A stretch of 64,000 bases of DNA from Paraglaciecola sp. (GCA_009993955.1 JAACSL010000009.1:46369-110368), one strand, 5' to 3'; shown: positions 49,200 through 58,142, numbered from the stretch's first letter. The notes: generated by a model not told the origin, from the letters alone. A program made the numbers and translations.

Positions 49200-50126
49200 A
49201 TGCATTCAGAGTTATTAGTACCAGCGTCACAATGTGATAACTGTTATACCCAGTTGCAGGGGCTGTATTGCCATCAATGTGGTCAAGAAAAACGCAATAT
49301 TTTGCGGAATGTATTTAGCTCGGTAGGCGAGTTTTTTGGTGAATTTAGCAATTGGGATGCACGCATCTGGCGAACATTAATGCCCCTATGGTTTAAACCA
49401 GGCAGGTTGACACGAAACTATGTGCAAGGTCACCGTGTGCCTTATGTGCCGGCGTTGCGTTTGTATTTGTTTACCTCAATTATTGCTGGATTATTATTTT
49501 CACAGTTGGTCTCGACGGATGAGCTACATTTTCAACAAAACCAAGACTTTGTCGGCGTAAAGTTCGGCACGCCTCAAACTGAAAAAACTGAGGAAAAAAC
49601 CATTCTCAGTGTTAGCGCTTCTCCCCAAAAAAGTGCCGAAGACGCAACGTTTATTGACGAATTAGAAACCAAACTCAACGCCAAAATGGCAAATCTGCAG
49701 GAGCGACCAGAGTTAGCCATTGCTAAATTTTTCTCACTCGCTCCGCAGATGATGTTTTTATTATTACCGGTGTTTGCCTTGCTCATGAAGTTACTGTATC
49801 TGCGACGTCAGCGTTACTACTTAGAACATTTAATTTATTGCCTGCATACCCATAGTTTTTTGCTGCACAGCTTAATAATACTTGCCCTACTCAACACCAT
49901 GGCAAGCAAAATAAGTGATCTCACTTGGCTAGTAAGCGCCCTACGCATCAGCAGTTTTGGACTGATTTTGTATATGCTCCTGTATCTATTTCTCAGCCAA
50001 AAACACTACTACCAACAAGGTTGGCGCAAAACTTTGGCAAAATTTGTCATTCTGAACACCGTTTACAGTGTGCTGTTCAGTTTTGCCCTGACCATCGCCA
50101 TTGTTTTGTCTATTTTTTGGTCTTAA
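49200..50126 (+). CDS. DUF3667 domain-containing membrane protein (N-terminal zinc ribbon)
   Basis: CDNCYTQLQGLYCHQCGQ zinc-ribbon-like motif, then several TM helices. The family assignment is from memory. Confidence 0.6.
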   Translation: MHSELLVPASQCDNCYTQLQGLYCHQCGQEKRNILRNVFSSVGEFFGEFSNWDARIWRTLMPLWFKPGRLTRNYVQGHRVPYVPALRLYLFTSIIAGLLFSQLVSTDELHFQQNQDFVGVKFGTPQTEKTEEKTILSVSASPQKSAEDATFIDELETKLNAKMANLQERPELAIAKFFSLAPQMMFLLLPVFALLMKLLYLRRQRYYLEHLIYCLHTHSFLLHSLIILALLNTMASKISDLTWLVSALRISSFGLILYMLLYLFLSQKHYYQQGWRKTLAKFVILNTVYSVLFSFALTIAIVLSIFWS

Positions 50127-50145
50127 GTGCGTTAATGCGCAAGTA

Positions 50146-50463
50146 TTAAGCGCTCAATAGCACACTCAGCAGTAGCGTGGCTAACGCACCCACCACTGCC
50201 CCACCCGCAAAGATCACAAAATGCAGTCGCGGGTTGGGCACAGGTTGTAGCGTTTTTTCTTCAGGTTTGGGCACAGCAAACAACACCTCGCGTTTCACTT
50301 CAAAGGCCACACACAAGGCCATGATGGTCTCCAGCGAGGCGCTACCTTGGTTTTCAACACGCTGAATGGTGCGCAAGTTGACATCACACACCTCTGACAG
50401 CTGCTGTTGCGTCCACTGCTTCGAAAGTCTCAGTGACTTAACGATGTCGCCGCGTAACTCCAT
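50146..50463 (-). CDS. XRE-family helix-turn-helix protein with C-terminal transmembrane anchor
   Basis: IVKSLRLSKQWTQQQLSEVCDVNLRTIQRVENQ is an HTH_3 motif. The C-terminal FVIFAGGAVVGALATLLLSVLL is a TM helix. Confidence 0.75.
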   Translation of the reverse strand: MELRGDIVKSLRLSKQWTQQQLSEVCDVNLRTIQRVENQGSASLETIMALCVAFEVKREVLFAVPKPEEKTLQPVPNPRLHFVIFAGGAVVGALATLLLSVLLSA

Positions 50464-50469
50464 GGCTGT

Positions 50470-50904
50470 TTATGCCCAAAATTTCATAATAAGGCTCACA
50501 GAGCTGTAGCCCACCACGGCGCCTAAAAGCGCTGCGAGAATGATCACCCAAATGGATGTTTTCTTAGCGTTGGGCAGGTAAGCTTTACTCTCTTTTGCCA
50601 CTAATACATCGTTGGCATACAAACTTACCTGCACTTCCCCCGTGGCAAACTTAGCCAAATACACCTCTGCACGATACTGGATCTCACCGACAGTGAAATA
50701 GTGTTGACTGAGTCGACCAAATAACTTGTGTTTAATCGATACAGGATGATTGTTAACGTACATGGTTTCTTTGCCTGACCACGCTGAGCCGTGCATAGAA
50801 ATGTCATTGCCTTGATGATCGAAGTAAAACCAGTAGCCATTTTTCATGCTGACCTGACTCATAGCGGCATCTCTGTTAATGTTGATAGTTTGATTGTCTT
50901 TCAT
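50470..50904 (-). CDS. Hypothetical C-terminally anchored membrane protein
   Basis: 144 aa from the ATG preceded by AAGGAG. It has a beta-rich soluble part and a C-terminal TM (IWVIILAALLGAVVGYSSVSLI). It ends 6 nt before the XRE gene. Confidence 0.55.
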   Translation of the reverse strand: MKDNQTININRDAAMSQVSMKNGYWFYFDHQGNDISMHGSAWSGKETMYVNNHPVSIKHKLFGRLSQHYFTVGEIQYRAEVYLAKFATGEVQVSLYANDVLVAKESKAYLPNAKKTSIWVIILAALLGAVVGYSSVSLIMKFWA

Positions 50905-51030
50905 TTTATGCTCCTTGTTAATAGCCAGCACATTGAAGGTTATTTACCCTTGGGTGAAAACGGCAGATTTACGACAGTCAGGGCAATGGGCGTACGACAG
51001 TCGTGCTGTCGTACACCCCAAAAAGTAAAT

Positions 51031-51059
51031 TTGACAAACCAATCCCAGTCCCTTAACTT
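51031..51059 (+). promoter_or_regulatory. Candidate sigma70 promoter of the AKR-dioxygenase-yeiH unit
   Basis: TTGACA (51031-36), 17-bp spacer, TAACTT (51054-59). The GH31 promoter has the identical architecture. Confidence 0.5.
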
Positions 51060-51077
51060 ATGTCTTATATAAGACAT
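51060..51077. promoter_or_regulatory. Operator-like perfect palindrome ATGTCTTATATAAGACAT
   Basis: 18-bp perfect palindrome beginning immediately after the -10-like hexamer (core TGTCTT from 1 nt after it), 26 nt before the AKR ATG. The same core occurs at 56999-57028 and 62138-62153. Confidence 0.65.
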
Positions 51078-51102
51078 GATTTTATCAAGCGAGAGTATCT
51101 AG

Positions 51103-52068
51103 ATGCCTGATCAGCAAAAGCAAATGCCCAAGGTGGGTTTTGGCCTATGGAAAGTAGCTAAAGAGACTTGTGCAGACGCCGTTTATAACGCGATTAAAGT
51201 GGGTTATCGCCATCTTGACAGTGCCAGCGATTATGGCAACGAGGTGGAAGTGGGCCAAGGAATTCAGCGCGCGCTTGCCGATAAATTATGCCGCCGCGAA
51301 GACCTATGGATCACCTCAAAATTGTGGAATACCTACCACCGCAAAGAGCATGTTGAACCGGCAATACGCAAAAGTTTGCACGATTTACAACTTGATTATC
51401 TAGATCTCTATCTGATTCATTTTCCCATTGCTCAGCCCTATGTCGATTTTAACGACCGTTACCCGCCGGAGTGGATTTTTGATCCCAAGGCTGCTGAGCC
51501 AAAAATGGAAATCGCACCAGTGCCCTTGTACGAAACGTGGCAGGGCATGGAAGCTCTGGTTGAAGCCGGTCTGACCCATAAAATTGGCGTGTGCAACTAC
51601 AATACTGGCCTACTCAATGATTTGATGGCCTACGCAAAGATTAAACCTGCGGTATTACAAGTTGAGTCACACCCTTATCTTACCCAGCAACGTTTGATGC
51701 AATTGGCTCGCGATTACGCCATCGAGGTAACCGCATTCTCCCCGCTGGGTGCTTTGTCTTATTTAGAGTTAGACATGGCAGGGGCACAAGAATCCGTTTT
51801 AGAGCAAGCAGTAGTCAAACAAGCCGCTAAACGCCTAAACAAAACGCCCGCACAAGTGGTTTTACGCTGGGGTGTGCAACGAGGTAACGCTATTGTGCCC
51901 AAGACATCTCGCCCTGAACGCCTTGCAGAAAATTTGGCGATCTTTGATTTTTCCCTCTCAGAGCAAGAAATGGCGGCCATTGATGCATTAAACTGCAACC
52001 GACGTTTTAACGATCCTGGTCAGTTCTGTGCTGCAGCATTTCACAAATTTTATCCTATTTACGATTGA
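51103..52068 (+). CDS. Aldo/keto reductase (xylose-reductase-like subgroup)
   Basis: 321 aa. GFGLWK, the catalytic tetrad context LDSASDYGNE / SKLWN / LIHFP, and LDYLDLYLIHFP. Confidence 0.85.
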   Translation: MPDQQKQMPKVGFGLWKVAKETCADAVYNAIKVGYRHLDSASDYGNEVEVGQGIQRALADKLCRREDLWITSKLWNTYHRKEHVEPAIRKSLHDLQLDYLDLYLIHFPIAQPYVDFNDRYPPEWIFDPKAAEPKMEIAPVPLYETWQGMEALVEAGLTHKIGVCNYNTGLLNDLMAYAKIKPAVLQVESHPYLTQQRLMQLARDYAIEVTAFSPLGALSYLELDMAGAQESVLEQAVVKQAAKRLNKTPAQVVLRWGVQRGNAIVPKTSRPERLAENLAIFDFSLSEQEMAAIDALNCNRRFNDPGQFCAAAFHKFYPIYD

Positions 52069-52076
52069 GGTAAGCC

Positions 52077-53066
52077 ATGGCCACATCAGCAATTCAATAT
52101 GTTAGCGTCGCCAATCAATTGCACTGCAACAACAGCGTTTTTCCCAGTGTGATTGTCAACAATGAAAGTGTGAAAACACTGGCCGAGTGCCGGGATTGGA
52201 TTGCTGAACATCGTGAGGAATTGGAAAGTACCCTACGTGAATCTGGCGCGATTTTATTTCGCGGTTTTCCCATGAATTCTGCAGAAACCTTTGATGAATT
52301 CTCCAGTGCCTTTGGTTACCCCAATTTTACTTATCAAGAATCCTTGTCTAACGCAGTAAGGATCAACTTCACTAAGCGGGTTTTTACCGCCAATGAAGCG
52401 CCCAAAGAAGTCGAGATCTTCTTACATCACGAAATGGCACAAACGCCGATTTCTCCAACTAAACTGTTTTTCTTTTGTAAAACGGCGGCAGAACAAGGGG
52501 GAGCAACACCTTTGTGCCGTTCTGATATGTTGTACGCAGAGTTTGCCCGTCAACAACCAGAGTGGGCAGAACAGTTTGCAAACAAAGGGCTTAAATACAC
52601 CACACAGATGCCCGCTGAAAATGATATCAATTCTGGCCAAGGACGCAGTTGGAAAAGCACTCTAAACGTTGAAAATACGGCTCAAGCAGAAACTAAATTA
52701 ACGGAACTGGGTTACACGTGGACTTGGTTAGACGATGGCAGTTTGCGCGCCACTACGCCAATTTTACCCGCTGTGATTGATATTGGTCAGGGTCAAAAAG
52801 TGTTCTACAACCAACTGATTGCGGCATTCATGGGTTGGAAGGGAGTCAGAGAGAATCCAGCTAAAGCTATCACCTTTGGTGACGGCAGCCATATTCCCAT
52901 CGGCGCTTTGGAACTGATGGTTAAACTGTCTGAAGATTATACCTTTGATGTACCGTGGCAAGACGGTGATATGGCCTTGGTCGATAACTACATTGCCATG
53001 CATGGTCGTCGTCCTTACTCGGGTGAACGTAAACGTCAAGTCTTAGTTGCCTTAGCCATTGATTGA
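52077..53066 (+). CDS. TauD/TfdA-family Fe(II)/2-oxoglutarate dioxygenase (clavaminate-synthase-like subgroup)
   Basis: 329 aa. LHHEMAQ (H-x-E metal ligands), distal IAMHGRRPY (His plus Arg), and GGATPLC. Confidence 0.75.
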   Translation: MATSAIQYVSVANQLHCNNSVFPSVIVNNESVKTLAECRDWIAEHREELESTLRESGAILFRGFPMNSAETFDEFSSAFGYPNFTYQESLSNAVRINFTKRVFTANEAPKEVEIFLHHEMAQTPISPTKLFFFCKTAAEQGGATPLCRSDMLYAEFARQQPEWAEQFANKGLKYTTQMPAENDINSGQGRSWKSTLNVENTAQAETKLTELGYTWTWLDDGSLRATTPILPAVIDIGQGQKVFYNQLIAAFMGWKGVRENPAKAITFGDGSHIPIGALELMVKLSEDYTFDVPWQDGDMALVDNYIAMHGRRPYSGERKRQVLVALAID

Positions 53067-53104
53067 ACAACATTACATAAGCTTATTTTGCTGTAGGTGC
53101 TGAT

Positions 53105-54103
53105 ATGGACAAGGTAAAAACCTTCATACCCGGTATTGTGGTGGCCACCATAACGGGTTTTGCTGCGCTGTTTTTGTCCGAGCATTATGGCGCGCCTGCC
53201 ATGTTATTTGCCCTACTCTTAGGCATTGCCCTTTCGTTTCTATACGAAGAAACCAAATGCAAAACGGGCATCGAATTTACCGCTTGTCATATTCTGCGTA
53301 TTGGCGTTGCCCTGTTGGGTTTGCGCATCGCCTTTGGTGATTTAGCCGCATTGGGCTGGAAAACCGCGCTGGTCCTAATCATCGCCATCGCTACAACCAT
53401 AACCTTTGGCATGTTGGTCGCCAAAGCCTTTGGTTTGAGTAAACGCTTTGGTGTATTGAGCGGAGGTGCTGTGGGTATTTGTGGTGCATCGGCAGCCATG
53501 GCCATTGCCGCTGTATTACCCGAGGGGCCAGAGAAAGAACGCGATACGATTTTGACGGTGATTGGTGTCACGGCTTTATCCACCATTGCCATGGTGTTAT
53601 ACCCCATCATTGCCGGTTTACTCGAGCTTGATCCCACTAGCACCAGCATTTTTCTAGGCGGCACCATTCATGATGTGGCGCAAGTGGTGGGAGCTGGCTA
53701 TTCAGTATCTGAACAAACCGGTGATTTAGCGACCCTGACAAAATTGGTTCGGGTGGCCTATTTGATGCCTGTAGTTTTGTGCATTTTATTTGTGATAAAA
53801 CTGAATTTAAGTAAGCAAAACCAAGCGGGTGAATTGCAAGCTAAGTCGCCTGGTTTACCCGGTTTTTTAATCGCATTTATTGTGTTGATGACTCTAAACA
53901 GTCTGGTCGAACTGCCCAGTCTTGTGACCACCAGTGCCAACGAGTTGTCACGTTTTGCTCTTGTGGTTGCCATTACCGCCATTGGCATGAAATCCAACCT
54001 GCGTCGCCTGTTAACTGTCGGCATTCGCCCCATCTTATTGCTGATCCTCGAAACCCTGTGGATTGCTGGCTTAATTCTGCTTAGCCTACCCTACTTGGCA
54101 TAA
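53105..54103 (+). CDS. yeiH: YeiH family (UPF0324; putative sulfate exporter family) membrane protein
   Basis: 332 aa, ~10 TM. ILRIGVALLGLRI, GGAVGICGASAA, GGTIHDVAQVVGAG. Confidence 0.8.
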   Translation: MDKVKTFIPGIVVATITGFAALFLSEHYGAPAMLFALLLGIALSFLYEETKCKTGIEFTACHILRIGVALLGLRIAFGDLAALGWKTALVLIIAIATTITFGMLVAKAFGLSKRFGVLSGGAVGICGASAAMAIAAVLPEGPEKERDTILTVIGVTALSTIAMVLYPIIAGLLELDPTSTSIFLGGTIHDVAQVVGAGYSVSEQTGDLATLTKLVRVAYLMPVVLCILFVIKLNLSKQNQAGELQAKSPGLPGFLIAFIVLMTLNSLVELPSLVTTSANELSRFALVVAITAIGMKSNLRRLLTVGIRPILLLILETLWIAGLILLSLPYLA

Positions 54104-54481
54104 AACAATCGCTCAGGGCACAAATCCCTCGCCTTCACACCTAAAAACAGTAGATCGGGTAAGCAGGACCAGCAGCGATTGACTGCTTCCCATTGACCCT
54201 ACCATGAATCAAGCAAACAACAGATTTAGACTGGCTAATCGTGCTGGCTAATCGTGTTAAAGCTGAAAAATCATTCTAGGTATGGCCTGCATATTTTCAT
54301 GGGGCTGAAAGACAAAGACACTAACACTCACTCACGCCACCACAGAATCTCGCCTTGTCGATGTCAGGCAATGTGTGTTTGTGGATTGGGCTTGAGCACA
54401 GACGCCCTTGAATGGGTGTGGCAATGCATAGCGTATTAACACAGCGCAACTGGGCACTGCCTGATAGACAAAAGCAAGACA

Positions 54482-54506
54482 GAAAAAAGGCGCCTTGCGG
54501 CGCCCC
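54482..54506 (-). terminator. Rho-independent terminator of the TonB-dependent receptor gene
   Basis: The minus strand reads GGGGCGCC-GCAA-GGCGCC-TTTTTTCT, about 20 nt after the stop. Confidence 0.65.
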
Positions 54507-54526
54507 GGGACACACAAAAACTTAAG

Positions 54527-56884
54527 TTAGAACTTCGCTCTTAACTGCACACCAAAATACCGATCTGCGTCACGTGGGATCTGATAACGGAAACCGTCAC
54601 CAGAATAGGTGGTAATAAAACTCTCATCCGTTAAATTTTTACCGATGAGGGTAATCCGGTAGTCATCGTCGTTAAACGAAAACGCTAAACTGGCATTTAA
54701 AATCGCATAGTCGGGTAATAAATCCACGGCACTTGGCGTTCCGCCTGGTGCACCCGCATAGATTTCGTCAGTGTAGACATAAGAGCTGTTTAAGATCACA
54801 TCCATATCAGCCAGTTCCCAGGTGTATTCGCCTACCACTGAGTATTTTAAGTCTGGCGAGAAGGGAATATCAGCACCTGAGCGACCATCACAGGTAGTGG
54901 AACCCGCTGGACATAAAAACTCATCAATTTCAGCGTCCACGCTGGCAAAACCGCCGGAAAGCGTGAAGTGCTCAGACACTTGCCACAAAAAGTCTGCTTC
55001 GATACCTTGGGTAATCACCGAACCCGCGTTGGTTAAACGGGTGATGGTCACACCATCGAGCAGTTCAGAGTTGTTGGCTTGGAAGCCATCGATGTTGGTG
55101 CGGAACAAGGCTGCGTTGAAAATTAAATCGCGGCTTGCATATTTATAGCCCAATTCATAGGCATCCGACGATTCTTTGCCGATGGGCAATGTATCGTTGG
55201 TATTCATGTTGTAAAACACGTTAAACGCTGGACCTTTGTACCCTTGCGAATACGTTGCATACACCATGCTGCCTTTGCTTAAATCGTATTGTGCGCCTAA
55301 CTTAATGGCAAAATTGGTTTCATCGGTTTTGCCCGAATAATTGGTGGCAGAATCACGCACACCGATACCACCACGACCATATTCATCATTGTTACGACGA
55401 TTATGATTGAAGCTGACTTCATCATCGGTATAACGCATACCAAACAATAAACGTAAGTCTTCGCTTAGGTGATATTTACCGTCACCAAACAAGGCCCAGT
55501 TATCAAACTGGGTGTTCATAAATGCCGTGGCACTGACGATGTCATTGCGGTTACACGAGATTAAATTGTCAGCAATAAACTGGTCGGCTTGTTCGGCAGT
55601 TGGCGAGGTTTGTCCCAGCTTAGTGCTCAAATAATTTTGAATAGTGGCGGTTAAATTACCTGAGCAACTGGCGTCACGGGTAAAGTTACGCTCAGACTGC
55701 TGTTGCCACCAAAAAAAGCCCACTTGATATTCAAGGTCGTTGCCAATCGGTGAGGCGAGACGAAATTCTTGTGAAGTTTGTTTCCAATTCTGAATACCGG
55801 TGTCATGTAATAAAAACGTGCCGGTGGGGATGGGCTGCGTGCCGCCAATCGAAGTAAAGTCCCCTTCGCGCAATTCAGTGTTATCCCAACTGCGGAATGC
55901 CGTGATAGACGTAAACTCATGGCTGCCCATGGGCTTATCAATTTGCATCGAGAATCCGGTGGTTTCATCTAAGGTGCGAGTTTCAAAATCGTGATCGATC
56001 TTGCGTTGATCTAAGTCAAAATCGCCCGCGCCTGAGCTATTGGGCAACGCTTCTGAATTGGGGTGACGGTTACTTGGGGTGAGTTCCAAATCGGCACAGC
56101 AATTGTCGTTTGATTTCATGTTTTCGAAAATGAATAACATGTCAGTGTCACCGGCTGCTTCCAATTTCAACATGGCACGCAAACCTTCTTTGTCGTAACC
56201 ATTGGTCATTTCATTGGTGTATACATTATTAATGTATCCATCATATTGCGACTTCAATACGGTCAGACTACCTTGAGCGTTGTCACTCAACTCCCCTGAA
56301 ACACTGGTTTTTAAGCGGTATTCGTTGCCTTGGTAAAGGCTAATTTCGGCATTGCCTTCAAAGCCTGTGGTGGGTTTTTTAGTGGTAATGTTCACCACAC
56401 CGGCTGAGGCATTTTTGCCAAACAACGTGCCTTGTGGGCCACGTAATACCTCGATACGCTCTAAGTCATACAAATCAATAAACGCTTGCCCTGAGCGACC
56501 TAATACAACTCCGTCAACCACGGTAGAGACACTGGGCTCGGCGGCGACACTGAAAGAAATCGTGCCTATGCCCCGGATAGTGATGGCTGAGTTACGGTTT
56601 GTATTACCTTTACGGAAACTGACAGAAGGGACTAATCCTTGCAAACCTTCGATGTTGGCTGAAAACGCTGCGTTAATTTGATCTTCACGTAATACCGACA
56701 CCGCCACCGGTACTTCATTCAGGTTTTCCACGCGCTTTTGCGCCGTCACCGTGATTTTTTCCAGTAAGCCTTGATCTTCTTTCGGCTCTTCTTGAGCCAT
56801 CGCTGTCGAGCTCAGAGCTACATAGCTAGACATAGCCAATGCAGCGGTGATGCCGCTAGTTAGTTTACTTAAAGTGAATCGCAT
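54527..56884 (-). CDS. TonB-dependent outer-membrane receptor
   Basis: 785 aa. Signal peptide, plug region (ITVTAQKRVENLNEVPVAVSV, RGIGT), and C-terminal ...QLRAKF with a terminal Phe. Confidence 0.9.
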   Translation of the reverse strand: MRFTLSKLTSGITAALAMSSYVALSSTAMAQEEPKEDQGLLEKITVTAQKRVENLNEVPVAVSVLREDQINAAFSANIEGLQGLVPSVSFRKGNTNRNSAITIRGIGTISFSVAAEPSVSTVVDGVVLGRSGQAFIDLYDLERIEVLRGPQGTLFGKNASAGVVNITTKKPTTGFEGNAEISLYQGNEYRLKTSVSGELSDNAQGSLTVLKSQYDGYINNVYTNEMTNGYDKEGLRAMLKLEAAGDTDMLFIFENMKSNDNCCADLELTPSNRHPNSEALPNSSGAGDFDLDQRKIDHDFETRTLDETTGFSMQIDKPMGSHEFTSITAFRSWDNTELREGDFTSIGGTQPIPTGTFLLHDTGIQNWKQTSQEFRLASPIGNDLEYQVGFFWWQQQSERNFTRDASCSGNLTATIQNYLSTKLGQTSPTAEQADQFIADNLISCNRNDIVSATAFMNTQFDNWALFGDGKYHLSEDLRLLFGMRYTDDEVSFNHNRRNNDEYGRGGIGVRDSATNYSGKTDETNFAIKLGAQYDLSKGSMVYATYSQGYKGPAFNVFYNMNTNDTLPIGKESSDAYELGYKYASRDLIFNAALFRTNIDGFQANNSELLDGVTITRLTNAGSVITQGIEADFLWQVSEHFTLSGGFASVDAEIDEFLCPAGSTTCDGRSGADIPFSPDLKYSVVGEYTWELADMDVILNSSYVYTDEIYAGAPGGTPSAVDLLPDYAILNASLAFSFNDDDYRITLIGKNLTDESFITTYSGDGFRYQIPRDADRYFGVQLRAKF

Positions 56885-56998
56885 AGTGTGCTCCAGACAT
56901 TGTCTTTTTTGTAGTGTCTATAATCCCGTTATCTCGCAACAACCTATCCGGCGCCGATGGTGTGCATGCAGCCGTGGTTGAGATAGCTTAGTCGCTGG

Positions 56999-57028
56999 TA
57001 TCTTTTGTCTTATATAAGACAAAAGATA
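56999..57028. promoter_or_regulatory. 30-bp perfect palindrome TATCTTTTGTCTTATATAAGACAAAAGATA (operator-like) between dctP and the TonB-dependent receptor gene
   Basis: Verified base by base. It has the same TGTCTTATATAAGACA core as the other two sites. TATCTT occupies the -10-like position on both strands. Confidence 0.7.
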
Positions 57029-57103
57029 AACTAACTAAGTTGTAAAACAATTGCAAATAGTTTGTTAATTTAATTGCATCACACGGAAACGCGTAAAGAC
57101 TGA

Positions 57104-58141
57104 CTACATTGCAGGGCTGCACTGAGCTACAGCATCATCCAGAAGGGTAAGCCACTGGGGGCCAAAACGCTTAGCAAACCAAGGACGCATTTTTTGACTG
57201 GCATCAACAAAAGCTTTTTTCTCTTCGACTGAGAGCCGATAGATAGTGCCACCGGCGGCTTCAAACAAACGATAAGAGTTGGCTTCTTGGTCTTTAACAT
57301 ATTGATTGGCTGCCTGCGCCTGCAGCGCGAAACCTTGCAAAACTAATTGTTGAATATCAGCCGGTAAACCTTGCCACACGGGTTCAGAAAACCACCAAAG
57401 AGTGGCCATGTATGAATGCCCATCGAGGATCACATACTTCAAATGCTCTTCTAGTTTCGCACCAATAATATCTTGAATCCCGTTTTTACTGCCTTCCACT
57501 ACACCAGTTGCCAACGCCGTGTATAGTTCAGCCCACGAGATGGGGGTGGGATTAGCCCCTAGCTGGCGAACCAACTCTTGTTGAATATCAGCCTCTGTGG
57601 TGCGAATTTTTAAACCTTTCAGATCATCAGGGCTATGCACCGCTTTATCGGTGGTAGCAAAATTTCGCCAGCCCCCCGTATTTGATACACCAAGCAAACG
57701 CAAATTCAGCCCCTGTTGCAGCACTTGTCTGCGCATTTCATCCATTAATGGTCCCCAGAGAACACATTCCGCTTGGCTATCGTCGGTAAAAACATAAGGT
57801 AAATCAATAACCTGCGCGGGGCTGAAAAAGTTACCCGTGCCTCCTGCGGTACTGGGGAAAATCTCTAATACACCCTTTTGCAGATTACCAATGCACTCGG
57901 CCACACTGCCACAAAATTGCCCCGATGGATAAAGTTGCACCTGCACCCTACCCTGACTTTGTTGTTCGACATACTGCTTAAAAACCAGCAGACCAATGTA
58001 GTCTTCGTCTTGAGTGGAAGCCTGAATCGAGGCTTTGATGGTAAATTCGGCATGTTTAACCGTGCTATTGAACAGGCCAATGGCACAGACCATCACTACC
58101 GTGGCGTAGATCAACAGTAAGGCCTTGCGTTTGGTTGTCAT
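57104..58141 (-). CDS. TRAP transporter substrate-binding protein (DctP family)
   Basis: 345 aa from the ATG at 58141 (the longer ORF starts at TTG 58156). N-terminal anchor/signal, then the DctP-like pattern; it lies directly after dctM. Confidence 0.8.
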   Translation of the reverse strand: MTTKRKALLLIYATVVMVCAIGLFNSTVKHAEFTIKASIQASTQDEDYIGLLVFKQYVEQQSQGRVQVQLYPSGQFCGSVAECIGNLQKGVLEIFPSTAGGTGNFFSPAQVIDLPYVFTDDSQAECVLWGPLMDEMRRQVLQQGLNLRLLGVSNTGGWRNFATTDKAVHSPDDLKGLKIRTTEADIQQELVRQLGANPTPISWAELYTALATGVVEGSKNGIQDIIGAKLEEHLKYVILDGHSYMATLWWFSEPVWQGLPADIQQLVLQGFALQAQAANQYVKDQEANSYRLFEAAGGTIYRLSVEEKKAFVDASQKMRPWFAKRFGPQWLTLLDDAVAQCSPAM

Positions 58142-58142
58142 C

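Noticed and set aside
53287-54033. Two minus-strand ORFs (126 and 91 aa) inside yeiH.
   Set aside because: They are antisense shadow ORFs of a hydrophobic membrane protein gene, with low-complexity Ala/Met/Pro/Lys translations.
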